Below are positions 33,887 through 46,078 of a DNA stretch of 64,000 bases, one piece after another. Source of the DNA: Amoebophrya sp. A120 (lineage: Eukaryota; Protista; Dinoflagellata). Where the stretch lies: the NCBI GenBank assembly GCA_905178155.1, contig CAJINV010000003.1, positions 5,919,985 through 5,983,984 on the forward strand, in the 5' to 3' direction. A program made the translations under genes and the position numbers. The notes under the pieces were generated by a model, which was not told where the DNA came from, did not search any database, and worked only from the letters and a program-made list of their open reading frames with translations. Position 1 is the first letter of the stretch. Each line of letters starts with the position of its first letter.

Positions 33887-36800
33887 TCAAAAGTACTCTT
33901 TTCCTTCTTGATTCGCGGCTTGGTCCTGACCATGGTAAGAGCCGCCTCCTGGAATCTGCCACATGTGGTCGCTTCCATTCCAGTTTGCCCGTTGCGGGTA
34001 CAGGGGATGATGTGGCTGGCCCTGTTGCGGCTGGGTTTGCTGAAGCTGATATCCCCCCATTTGCTGCCAGTGGCCGTGCTGTGGTTGACCGGGTTGGGGC
34101 TGCTGATGGTCATACGCAGCCGGATTCTGCATCATGGAACCGTTTTTATTGAATACCGGCTGACCTCCGCGGTTCCCCGCAGTTTGTTGCATGTGCGCTG
34201 CTCCACCGGGGTGCTGGCCGTACATTTGCATGTGCTGTTGATGCTGCTGCATTTGCACGGTCGTTCCAGGGTGTTGTTGCGGAGCAGCAGATTGTAGTTG
34301 GACAGCACTACTGGCTCCTGGGTGCGGTTGGGGGTTCTGATACATGTTGTATCCCGCGCCGGCTGGCGCGCCGCCTTTATTCATGATATTTCCGCTGTAC
34401 AGGTCAACAAAGCCATTCGTCGGGTCCGGCTGCTGCATTTGGCCTGGCGTACCCGCCCAACTTGGGTTCTGTCCAGCAACTGCACCTCCGGGTGGAGGAC
34501 CCCCTCCGTAGGGACCTGGTCCGGCAAAGGGAGCGCCCTTGTGCTGCTGATGTTGCTGCGCACCGTCGAAAAATGGGTGAAAATCTCCGTTGCCCGTCCC
34601 CGGCGCATGAGCATGCTGAGGACCCCCTTGGTTGGCGTTGGGGTGCGGTCCACCCATCAAATTGTGGTACTGCTGGTGTTGAAGTTGGCCACTGTGGTGC
34701 AGCGAGCCTTGTTGCGCTACAACCTGAGGACCTCCACTACGCTGGTGCTGGTTCTGAGGGTGCATTCCACCAGTGCTGCTGTAGGCGTGTGGGTGCTGCT
34801 GGTGGTCTACTCCTTGACTACTACTGCTGCTTCCCCCTTGTCCATTGTTGCGATGTTGCGCGGCCAGATGGAGTTGGTCCCCTGCGTTCATCGTTCCCGC
34901 ACCCTGTGAGCTGTTGTGCGGTTCGCCTAGATGGTGCTGGTGTGCCGATCCGCTGCCTCCGTGCTGCGAGGTCGTGGCCGTACTCAGATGTGTGTTCGCG
35001 CGCGAAAGGTTGAAGTTGTTATTGGAGGACGTTGCGGCCGATGCGGCGGAAGTTGAGTCCATGGACTCCATGCGGAAGCGGTTGCCCGGGTGATGCATTT
35101 TTGCGCTGTTTGGAGGACCCCCGTGCAGGTGATGTTGCCCTCCACCACCGCCCCGGGCGAGATGACCACCTCCACCGCCGGAGCCATGATGGTGGCTGTT
35201 GTTCATCATGTTGGTCCCTCCACCTTGCGGGTTGATGTTGTTTCCCCCGCTCATCATCACCGTGGAGCTGCTGTTGATGTTTGGAGGTCCGCCGGTACTA
35301 CTAGGCAGCAAGGTGCTACCGCCGCATTTCCCACAACCGAGCTCGAAGTCTGGGCGGCCCGCGACCAAGTGGGAAAAGGAGAGCCGCATCTTCGGCAGGC
35401 AGTGCCCCGTGTTCCAGAGGTGGGACAGCGCTTTCGCGTGCACCTCCATGCCGGGGCGCGTGGCGAACGTGTCCTGCAGCGTCTGTGTGACATCTCGCAT
35501 GCGCAGCAGCGGTTTTTGCCGGGGCAGTGGGTCGTACACGCGCGCAAACGTGGGTTCAAATTTCACTTCCTGCTGCCAGTTGTACGTGTCCGGCAGCGGG
35601 CTGTGGAAAGAGTTGATCGCATCGTCCAAGAAGTCCAGATCGACCTCCGCCTCATCGCAGGTACTGCTGTCGTCCTCGTGCTGAAGGTTCTGCTTGTGAT
35701 GTTCCTCCAAAAAGGAGCGCACGCGGAGCGCGGCAGCCGCGTCCGGCACCGGTTTCGGGCGGAACGCGAGGTCCTCCGGCTCCCGGGCGTGAAACGCGGT
35801 GTTCAGGAAGTCTTCTGACCCATACTCTTCAGACAGAGCGAACAGACCCACAGATTGGGGGTCCTCTGGCAGTTCCGCTATTTTTAAACTGGCTTTTTTC
35901 TCGCTCATTTCCACCATGTGGCCTTCTTCTCTTGCACTTTTAGGCCGTGCTGAGGTAGACACTTCGCTACTGTGTTCCTGCTCGTCTTGCTGATTTTCAG
36001 ATGAAGTATTCAAGCGGTCCTGTTGTGCGGCTGTTTTTTTGTCTTCTGGTGCGTCGCCGTCGGCACGACGGTGAGCCCCTTGCTGTTCATCTACGGATTT
36101 ACCTTGTGCGACTAGAGCGACAGTAGAATGCGCTCCTGTTCCGACAGTTTCAGCCACTTCTTCTTCTCCGGAGGAGGAATCGCCACGGCCAACCGCGGAT
36201 GGGCAGGAACTACCTGATCCATTATGTTCTACCTGGTCTACTGGCGTTGTACTGCCGAAGGAGTCAATCGGAGAACTGCCCTGGAGTTGTTCTTTCTTTG
36301 CTCGTGGCTTGGTCACTTTCGGTAGCAAATGGTAGTACAAGCAGAGCCCGCGAAGCAACAGCACCTCGCTTCCGGTCTGATACATCACGCCGCGCTCGTA
36401 CGTGGAGTCGAATCGGTTCTCCGTTTTCATCAGCTGTCCAAAATCCCACACGCCCGTTGCCATGGCACCTTTGTTTTTCCAGTTGTTGCTCATGTCCATC
36501 GTAGCAAAGGGGCCCTGGAATGTGAGCACGGGAAGACGATTTTGACCATTCGTGAGCTCGTGGTGCTGAACCAGGCGGCGGACGCTGTTTAGATTGATTG
36601 AAGGACGATCGCCAACGTGCAAACAAGACCAGTACCGTAATGCGTAAACTCGAGCAGCAGTAGGGACGCACCACATGCGCGACGTTAATACGTCTTCACA
36701 GAATCTTGATGGGGGCTCTTGGCATATTGAAGTGGACTTTAGGCTAAAGTAGGTACTGTAGACACATGAAATCAAACGTAAACCAAACCGTTCTTGGATT

Positions 36801-39294
36801 TCCACAGCTGGGAACAACAATGAGTGAGAGTCTCCGGACGAGGATTCGCCTTGCATTCTTCGCTGCAAACTCGGCGAGAAGAGCAGGTGCTTGAGGTCTA
36901 CACGGCTGGGAAAGTTGGCGACGACGGACGTTTGAAAGCCCTGGACACTCGCAGGGAGCTTCAAACTCGGCGCCAGCGCTTGGGTCAGGAAGGCAAAATC
37001 CCGTTGGCTGTCGAAAGAAACCCACGTCAAGTGATCCCTGGGCATCGTTTTCAGCATCTCGCCAAACGCCTTCAAAGTGATTCCCTCACTCTGGTGTCGC
37101 CACCAATTGATCGAAGTCCGCTCGTTCCAGAATCGTGCAGTTTCTGCGTCATGCTTGTCCTGCAAGGAACAACAGATGAAATTCTTTATCGCAATTTTTC
37201 CAAAACTTTTACATTCTACGAGGAACGTCGATAGGGAGACCACAGCCCGAATCAGGTAAAAAATCTCACATGATTGAAACTCCCTTGAGAAGAACTTTGG
37301 CACTCTGAGCATTATACCAGCGTAGACTCGCGATCTGAGTTCAATTCCAAGGCCGATTTACCGGGGTGCGTGACGTGAAAGAGGTCACTGACTTCCGTTT
37401 TGTCGCGGAGATCTCGGGTCCAGTCGAAATGAAACAAGACCTGCCAGACCAGCGGCAGCCATTCCTTCGTAGCTCGCGGGAGGTTCATGCTTTCTTTGCC
37501 CGGAATGTTCAGGTCTTCGCCCGTAAAGCAAAAGGACAACTGCAGCAGCTTGCTTTCATATTCGTTCACGTTAGTTCGCACCGTCGAGTAGTTCTGCACG
37601 TTGGCAGGAATCGTGGGCTTGTAGTTCTTCGACGTAGAAGTTCGTTGTTCATCTTCATGATCTCCTCGTCCCACTTCGTGCAGCTTGTCCCCCGCTGGTG
37701 TTCTTGTAGAGTCTTGTTGTCCACCTCGGGCGGGCACCATAGGAACATCACCGGCCGGCGCGCCACCGTCCGTCTCTGCATCGACGTGCTCCGGGTCCGG
37801 CGAAGGAAAAAAGCCGTTGACATGCTGCCACCCCGAGGCCATCGAAGAAACAAAGCAGTACTTGGCACGGGACGCGGTGTAGTTTATCAGCTGGAACTCG
37901 ACTTCCAGGTTTTTCGTGGTTACCTCGCGGACATTCAGCCGCCGCAAAAACCGCTGGCGCAGCTTGCCGTGAGAAGCGCGGTCTGCTTGCTTCTTGTCAG
38001 CGGCTGCCCGTGCTGCCGCATCTTCCTCCGGGCACGACGACCTGGTTGTAGCCGCGGTGGTACCTCCACCTCCTCCCGAGGCAGCAGTTGTACTGGCACC
38101 GGTGCAGGAGTCGTCCTGCTGATGATGTTTCTGCTGCTCTAGTACTGAAGCAGCGGAAGTTGGTGCTTTCTCTGGGGGTTTTAGGACTGTCTCAGAAGCA
38201 TTGTTGTCCTCGGCGTTAACCAGGTCGTCCTGACCTTCTTGAGCTTGACCGCCGGTGGTCTCATCAGGATTTTTCCCCTCGTCCTTGTTGTCGCCCCTGG
38301 CGGGCCAGCCTGTATCGGCGCCAGCGGTCGGGTCCTGATTCAGATCCTCCTCCATGGAAGCGTAGCGGGTCCGCCGTCTGGTTTCCAGCGCGCTCACGAA
38401 CTCCGCGTGGTCCCACTGATCGTCCTGACTTACGATATGCAAGAAAAAAGATTGTCAGTGTAGCTTTGTGATATTACGCAACATGATATCAGGAGGCTGC
38501 GTCTGTCATGCTGGTCATGCAGCTTGCAGGGTCCATGTCCATGATTGATAAGATCATGCGCGTTTTCACGTTCTATTTGCGCATGACAGGTTTTTGCTAT
38601 CATGCCAGACACATTTGTGACGCAGCTACACTTCCACACGACTTTTTTTCTTCGATACACGACAAACAGCTCGCATATGGGGCTCTCAAACGTTACATTC
38701 TCAACTGTTACATGATTTGTCATGCAAAATGACCATGACCCGCCAGACTATCAAACTGCTTCGCATGACAAATGGCCGGAGGGCTAAATAGCACTGTACT
38801 CCGCACCAAACCTGTAATGCAAGACGCGCAAGGGTCTCCCTCTCACCTGTGCTAGTCTTGCATTACAAATTCATGCAACAGTTGAGAATGTAACGTTTGA
38901 GAACGCCATATCGCAGTCCTCGTCGTCCCCGGTCTTCGCTGCAGCTCGCCGGCGTGCCTACGTTCTATTGAGAGGCAAAATCCCCCCTCCCCATATCGAA
39001 AAGGTATGTTTTCAAAAATTTGTGTTGCGGATTTGAGGCCACAAATCGCATCTGTCTTGCAAGAAGACAACTCCATAGGCTCTGCCGCATTATGCAGGCG
39101 GTTTGTGATGCTCTTGGGCCTACAGCATAGTCGTTTTTCATGCAAGGCGCCTAGGCCAAAAGCTCTCTACTCAGGCTTTGCAGGAGCCTGCAGTCCTCTA
39201 CTGCAAGACATACCTGATTTGTATACGCAAATCCAGCATCAGAAACTTCCTTTTCGATATGGGGAGGGGGGATTTTTCATTTTGATACGTTCAT
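33887..39294 (-). CDS. CAF1: Divergent CAF1/POP2 (CNOT7/8-like, DEDD fold) CCR4-NOT subunit with a long Q/G/H-rich C-terminal tail; multi-exon
   Basis: Caf1-like segments: VREVTTKNLEVEFQLI, NYSTVRTNVN..KLLQLSFCF, VWQVLFHFD, GITLKAFGEML, WVSFDSQRDFAFL, FPSRVDLKHL, YQTGSEVLL. The 5' exons read MNVGTPASCSEDRGRRGLRAVCRVSKKKS|QDDQW after removal of three elements. Intron at ~37160-37374; a probable in-frame intron near 36600-36820. Confidence 0.8.
38432..38639. other. Non-canonical intron, probably a decayed introner
   Basis: Direct repeat GACTT at 38427-38431 and 38640-38644; residual IR agtgtagct/agctacact; several GCATGACA/TGTCATGC motifs. Confidence 0.6.
38676..38910. mobile_element. Introner, family D-related, 235 bp, in the CAF1 5' region
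   Basis: ~50-bp imperfect IR (tatgg..ctcaaacgttacattctcaactgtt); TSD TCGCA at 38671-38675 and 38911-38915. The empty site is seen in the upstream array copies. Confidence 0.92.
38966..39287. mobile_element. Introner, family B, 322 bp, just after the CAF1 start codon; copies at 40014-40335, 41062-41383 and 46079-46400
   Basis: IR aaaatcccccctccccatatcgaaaagg / ccttttcgatatggggaggggggatttt; TSD CGTTC. The empty site cctacgttcatg is seen in other array copies. Confidence 0.93.
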
Positions 39295-39456
39295 GCGCTT
39301 GATTCATTTCCACGAGAGAAACGTTTTAGCAATGAGAGAATGCTGCATAACTTGACACTACGCAGTTGGTAGCAGTAGTCAGTTAGAGAGAGTGGCATAA
39401 TCTCTACAATGACTAGCTAAAAGTCAGAAAACCCATTATCTAATAGTATCCCGCAA

Positions 39457-39665
39457 TAAAAACAAAGAATAGAAACGAAAAACAAAAACAAAGAATGGAA
39501 ACGAAAAACGAAAACAAAGAATGGAAACAAAAAACGAAAACAAAGAATGAAAACAAAAAACGAAAACAAAGAATAGAAACGAAAAACAAAAACAAAGAAT
39601 GGAAACGAAAAACGAAAACAAAGAATGAAAACAAAAAACGAATAGAAACGAAAAACAACAACAAC
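39457..39665. repeat. 26-bp A-rich minisatellite (aaaacaaagaatRRaaacRaaaaacR); copies at ~40505-40713 and ~46570-46882
   Basis: Visible tandem units. The third copy is 104 bp (4 units) longer. Confidence 0.9.
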
Positions 39666-39699
39666 GAAATGCAGACAAAGTGCCCAAGCTTCTAAGCGG

Positions 39700-39927
39700 C
39701 GAAGCCTCGAAACGATGAGGCCTCGAAACGCCGAAGGAAGCAGCGAAGCCTCGAAGCAGCGAAGCGTCGAAGCAGCAAAGCCTCGAAGCAGCGCAGCCTC
39801 GAAGCCGCGCAGCCTCGAAGCCGCGCAGCCTCGAAGCAGCGAAGCCTCGAAGCAGCGAAGCCTCGAAGCAGCGGAGCCTCGAAGCACCGAACAAGCAACG
39901 AAGCCTCGAACAAGCAGCGAAGCCGCG
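39700..39927. repeat. 8-bp-unit minisatellite (gaagcctc/gaagcagc); copies at ~40748-40975 and ~46917-47144
   Basis: Alternating gaagcctc and gaagcagc units are directly visible. Confidence 0.9.
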
Positions 39928-42485
39928 AACTTTTTTTCTTCGATACACGACAAAGAGCTCGCAGTCCTCGTCGTCCCCGGTCTTCGCTGCAGCTCGCCGG
40001 CGTGCCTACGTTCTATTGAGAGGCAAAATCCCCCCTCCCCATATCGAAAAGGTATGTTTTCAAAAATTTGTGTTGCGGATTTGAGGCCACAAATCGCATC
40101 TGTCTTGCAAGAAGACAACTCCACAGGCTCTGCCGCATTATGCAGGCGGTTTGTGATGCTCTTGGGCCTACAGCATAGTCGTTTTTCATGCAAGGCGCCT
40201 AGGCCAAAAGCTCTCTACTCAGGCTTGGCAGGAGCCTGCAGTCCTCTACTGCAAGACAAACCTGATTTGTATACGCAAATCCAGCATCAGAAACTTCCTT
40301 TTCGATATGGGGAGGGGGGATTTTTCATTTTGATACGTTCATGCGCTTGATTCATTTCCACGAGAGAAACGTTTTAGCAATGAGAGAATGCTGCATAACT
40401 TGACACTACGCAGTTGGTAGCAGTAGTCAGTTAGAGAGAGTGGCATAATCTCTACAATGACTAGCTAAAAGTCAGAAAACCCATTATCTAATAGTATCCC
40501 GCAATAAAAACAAAGAATAGAAACGAAAAACAAAAACAAAGAATGGAAACGAAAAACGAAAACAAAGAATGGAAACAAAAAACGAAAACAAAGAATGAAA
40601 ACAAAAAACGAAAACAAAGAATAGAAACGAAAAACAAAAACAAAGAATGGAAACGAAAAACGAAAACAAAGAATGAAAACAAAAAACGAATAGAAACGAA
40701 AAACAACAACAACGAAATGCAGACAAAGTGCCCAAGCTTCTAAGCGGCGAAGCCTCGAAACGATGAGGCCTCGAAACGCCGAAGGAAGCAGCGAAGCCTC
40801 GAAGCAGCGAAGCGTCGAAGCAGCAAAGCCTCGAAGCAGCGCAGCCTCGAAGCCGCGCAGCCTCGAAGCCGCGCAGCCTCGAAGCAGCGAAGCCTCGAAG
40901 CAGCGAAGCCTCGAAGCAGCGGAGCCTCGAAGCACCGAACAAGCAACGAAGCCTCGAACAAGCAGCGAAGCCGCGAACTTTTTTTCTTCGATACACGACA
41001 AAGAGCTCGCAGTCCTCGTCGTCCCCGGTCTTCGCTGCAGCTCGCCGGCGTGCCTACGTTCTATTGAGAGGCAAAATCCCCCCTCCCCATATCGAAAAGG
41101 TATGTTTTCAAAAATTTGTGTTGCGGATTTGAGGCCACAAATCGCATCTGTCTTGCAAGAAGACAACTCCACAGGCTCTGCCGCATTATGCAGGCGGTTT
41201 GTGATGCTCTTGGGCCTACAGCATAGTCGTTTTTCATGCAAGGCGCCTAGGCCAAAAGCTCTCTACTCAGGCTTGGCAGGAGCCTGCAGTCCTCTACTGC
41301 AAGACAAACCTGATTTGTATACGCAAATCCAGCATCAGAAACTTCCTTTTCGATATGGGGAGGGGGGATTTTTCATTTTGATACGTTCATGCGCTTGATT
41401 CATTTCCACGAGAGAAACGTTTTAGCAATGAGAGAATGCTGTATAACTTGACACTACGCAGTTGGTAGCAGTAGTCAGTTAGAGAGAGTGGCATAAGCCC
41501 CACTTGCCCGCACAGGAAAGACAGAGAAAAGCCCTCAAAACCCGCAAGAACAGTCCTACTCCAGGACGCGCAAACACGCTACCTAGAGCGACCCCTCGAC
41601 GTGCAGCGTCTCACTACCGCAGCTACTGAAAACCCTTAAAGCGCACCGAAAAGAACAAGCGTGCGAAGGTCGTACAGACAAATCTTTGCCCTTCCTAGCT
41701 CGAAGCAAGGGCTTCTAGAGAATTCCCCGTCCGCGAAAGATCGTCTGTCCGGTGATACAAACAACCGCAGCGCAAGCTCCGGCTCGGCTGCGCGGACAAT
41801 GAAAAATTCTGAGGACCTACCCAGGGAAAAACCGAGCGCAAACGTGTCGGCCTCGTGCAACGGGTCCCCAAGACCACACAAGGGAAGACGCTCCGGCTAT
41901 TGACGCTTCCGGAGAGAAAACGCAAATGAAAAAAGGGCGACAACATGCAAACGAACGAAAGAAAGTCCCCAGGTGGACCGGAAAGACGTGACGTGACTAC
42001 TGGCGAGGTGTGGCAACATCGCGGGGCAAAAAGTGCCAAAATCCCCTTCCATTCATAGGAAAACCAGCGCAAGCGGTCGTAGAAAATGATAGCGAATGCT
42101 CAACCGAGAAAACACTGCGGACCGGGGTGTGGCAAACGACAGGGGGAAGGACAGGAGCAGCTCTAGAGGGCCCAGAAAAGGTAGGCCTAGAGGAAGAAAA
42201 AGCAACGCTCCGTCGCCCCCGGAGTAGAAAGTCAAACAAGCCTGTCTCAACAGACAAACAGCTCGCAGTCCTCGTCGTCCCCGGTCTTCGCTGCCTGGAG
42301 TAGAAAGTCAAACAAGCCTGTCTCAAATGCCGCGCCCGGCCAAAAATCAAATTCCACTGCAGACAAACCACGGGAGCGCCCCGGCTTGAAGCCAAATCCG
42401 TAGAGAAAAGCAAGTGCGATCCAGCAAAACACCCACGCAAGCATAGGTCAAGGAAGGGCTGGCCGCCCGAACGCTTAGTATCTCC

Positions 42486-45400
42486 TGCATCATGTGTAAA
42501 TCCGAACCAACAAAGCCAAAAGAACAGCTTATTCGCGAACACTAGCACACGGCGCGAACAGAGAGAATCCAAAACCCCACCTCTGTGAGCACGGTAAACT
42601 TCCAGACCTAAGTACCTCCCAAGAGCAGACCGCCGATGGACGAGGACTCATCTCGTCCAACTGAAATTACACACAAAGCCCGTCCCTTACTGGGCGGCAA
42701 AGAAGCCTCGCGGAAAACCAAAGCAGAAAAGTTACTTCCTCAGAAGAGCAAAGGAGCCTATCGGTATCAACCCTGATTCAGAGTGGCAAACCACCTCCCC
42801 ACCTGGGGAATTCACTTCATATGAAGCCAGCAACCCAACACAGAGGCGAGGCACGCACCTGGCGTGAATGCTGTTCCCACGACAGCTACAAAGCAAGGGA
42901 TCCGCCTCAAGCGGGCCGCGCAGCCACTAGACCAGAGCGAACAGCGGGCGATCCCCGAGCACGTCAGGCTCCATCATGCCGGCGAGTGTGACGTGGCTAC
43001 CCCCAGAACCATCACCGCCGTGATGAACGATAGCGCGCCCACCTACTGACACTGAGCGTAAGCCTCGGCCAACCGCGCCTCTAAACCTAAAGGGAAGACA
43101 CAGATAAGGTGGCGTACGCATGAAGAGTAAATCAGAGAAAGCGCAGCCACGCATAAAGAGCAGCCACGCGTGGCACGTGCTAACACCTCATCCGAGAGCC
43201 GCGTAACCATACCGAGACGAAACGCCGCCCAACCCCGAGCGATTCTTGTCGATATATCCGACCAGAGGAACACTTAGTGCGCGAAGAAGCGGCGAAGGTT
43301 GCGTCCTACCCCCAAGCCAAGTGCTACGGACAAATCCCCTGCAGAGCGAAACGGTCTAGCAACCGGCGGCGCAAAAATCCGCAAGCCAACGAGCTCCAAA
43401 CTCCGGAAACGGCCCCCCGCATGGGAAAACAGGCACAGAGTTGGCGGCAGGGCAGCGCTGAGGCCCCCCAGGAGGCCCTCCAAAAGCCGGAAAAACTACG
43501 ACAGTAGATGCGTCCTGGCCCAGTTCCCTTCCGGAGAAAATGTCGCTAATAGAAAAAGACAAAGAGCTCGCAGTCCTCGTCGTCCCCGGTCTTCGCTGCA
43601 GCTCGCCGGCGTGCCTACGTTCATGAAATGAAAATAACCAAGGTCAGAATGACGCCCCTTGTCGAATACAACGGAGCAAAACCTTGCAAGTAGACCTCGA
43701 GAAAGAAGCCTGCAATAGCAAGCACACCTCGAAAATGAGTAATAAAGTGAGACCCACAAGAAAACCAAAGCCGGCAGAAGCCGGAAAATAGAGTAGAAAA
43801 GCAGCCTGCAGCTAGGCCCTGAAATCCTTCTCCGCACCCGGGAGAACCTGGGACAATAGACTTCTCGCCCTCACAAGTGGAAATCCAAGAGAACCCACTC
43901 CCCGAGCGGGGAGAGTGGAGAAACCCCCGAAGAAACGGCATAAACGCGGCTGATGCTCCCTCACCAGCACGAGAGATGTGTGGCGATAAACTGCAGGACT
44001 GAAACACGCTCGCTGAGTGACGCAAGGGGGATACTCCGACTTGTACGGGAAAAGCGCGAATGCGAAATCAAGCAGAAACTCACTCCGCCATCACAAACGG
44101 ATGCGGAAATCAAATAAAATCGACCCCGAAGGGGAAATGGATTCCCGACTGTCTCCTCGCAAGGGGGGAATAGGGGGCCACTCCCTGTCGTCCCCGGTCT
44201 TCGCTGCAGCTCGCCGGCGTGCCTACGTTCATGCGCTTGATTGTGAAGTGCAGTGAAGTGAATATGCAATGTCCAGGTTCTCCTTGGGATTCTAGGATTG
44301 CCAGGGTGTGGACCAGAATCAGTAACCAAACCGGCAGGGGGGAACAAGGTTCTCACAGTAGGTTGCCAGGGAGGCGAGCCGGGCCCAGGCCCACCGGGAT
44401 GGTGGCGGGACAAGCGGTCGACCCCGAGGAACTGTGTGAGGCAGACCAGGTTCCTATTTAACCCCCCTCCCTTCCGACACCGATGGGTGGGGGCGGGCCG
44501 GTCAGGAGGACCGACAGCGCACCGTCCTCAGGGGGGGAAGCAAGGCGATAAGGTGATCCAAAACACTACCCCCAACCGAGAACAGAGATTCCTGCACTGA
44601 TTTTTTGACCGTCAGGTCGATTGGGTACGGGTAGGCGGGATGAAGAAGAACGCATGACAAAAGAGAGCAGCTCCCGGGTGGGAGGGAAATCCAGAGCGGG
44701 CAACGTCCATCATGGGTGTCCCGCGCGCTTGTGCATGTCATGCAACGCAATTGATTTTCCGAAACCTACTTCAAAACAAAACGCACACACAATGTGGGGA
44801 GGACAAGCACCTGGCAAAAGATATGCCCTGGTGGATACGTCAGCCCATGCATGCCTTGAGCTAGACAAGCAGCGTCAACATGCATCGACGAGAGAGTCCG
44901 GAAAATCAACAGCCGCCACTCCCTAACAAGTTGCAGGAGATGCACAGCGCATATTCTGGAAGAAATCACGCAAGGCAGGGAACGAGGGTGGGGAGGGTGA
45001 CGGAGGGCTACTCCATGGGCAAGGGCCAGATACGGACACAAGACCTGGCAAGGCTGAATAGACTGGGCGAGGCAACAAACAGCTCGCAGTCCTCGTCGTC
45101 CCCGGTCTTCGCTGCAGCTCGCCGGCGTGCCTACGTTCATGCGCTTGATTTCGATGCGTTCCTTCCGAGTGTTATCCAGAGCAAACACCCAAGCGGCCCG
45201 TTGGACCGCGCCTGATGGGGCTGGGCGAAGCAGGCCGGGCCCAGCTTCCGTAGCGGGGTCCGGCCCACTCCACCACCACCTGGCCCCCAGGGCAAGACCC
45301 CCCAGAACCCCACCTCCGGTGGTTGAATGGGGGGAAACGCGCCAGCCCCAGCCCCACTTGCCCCCACGGGGAAGACAGGCAACCGACCGAAGCCATCCTG

Positions 45401-46078
45401 CAAAACATGCTAAACGGCAGCACAAAGACGCTCGGCAGCAAAACATGCTAAACGGCTGCAAAACATGCTAAACGGCAACCTCCGGACGCCGCTCGGCGGG
45501 GCTCAAGAGCTCGAAATCTTCCAGCAAGAAAAATAACCCGAGAGAGAGGGCGGAAAGGAACCGTGGCGCAGAATCCGAACAAAACAATGACTACAGACCA
45601 CGAGTTGGTGGACCGATGGGTGGGACAGACTGGCTCGGCCTGGGAAAGGACACAACGAGCAGCAAGCTAAGAAAACAATGGACCCCCACCATCCGCGGGG
45701 TGCCGCCAAAAACTCGCTTACCCGCCCTACCGAGGGTTCCCTTCTCCTCAACAACCCAGCTCGAGGACTGGTTGAGGCGGACCCTAATCGAGTCGCCGCC
45801 CCCAGGCAACCAGATAGGCAAACATCCCCCTGCCCCCACCATGGGCAAACGCAAGCGAACAAACAAAACTAGAGCCCCACTCAATGGGAACAGAGGACGA
45901 AACGTAGACACTGAACCGCCGGCCATAGCCTGGGGACAAGTTCGCAAGGGTAACGGATTGGATACCGCCAGTGCCAAACGACCCCTGTTCCCGAAGCAAG
46001 GCGGGACCGAAGTAGAGCAGAGCTCGCAGTCCTCGTCGTCCCCGGTCTTCGCTGCAGCTCGCCGGCGTGCCTACGTTC
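42486..46078. repeat. 3.6-kb direct repeat; second copy at 47232-50824 (offset 4746)
   Basis: All spurious ORFs recur at +4746. Only isolated SNPs were seen (anchor gcagtcc>gcggtcc near 48318 and gcagctc>gcatctc near 49863). Confidence 0.95.

Larger units (their letters stand above)
38911..41496. repeat. Tandem duplication with 1048-bp period (~2.5 units); a further related unit at 46019-47230
   Basis: Identical spurious ORFs recur at +1048 (for example 39417 and 40465) and at +7113. Confidence 0.93.

Noticed and set aside
45400-45477. Three copies of gcaaaacatgctaaacggc
   Set aside because: The repeat is real but is a small tandem inside cassette S6; no independent function can be supported.
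44230-45510. Dinoflagellate spliced-leader relics at anchor ends
   Set aside because: Only short partial matches (cttga, ggctcaag) were seen; there is no CCGTAGCCATTTTGGCTCAAG-like sequence on either strand.
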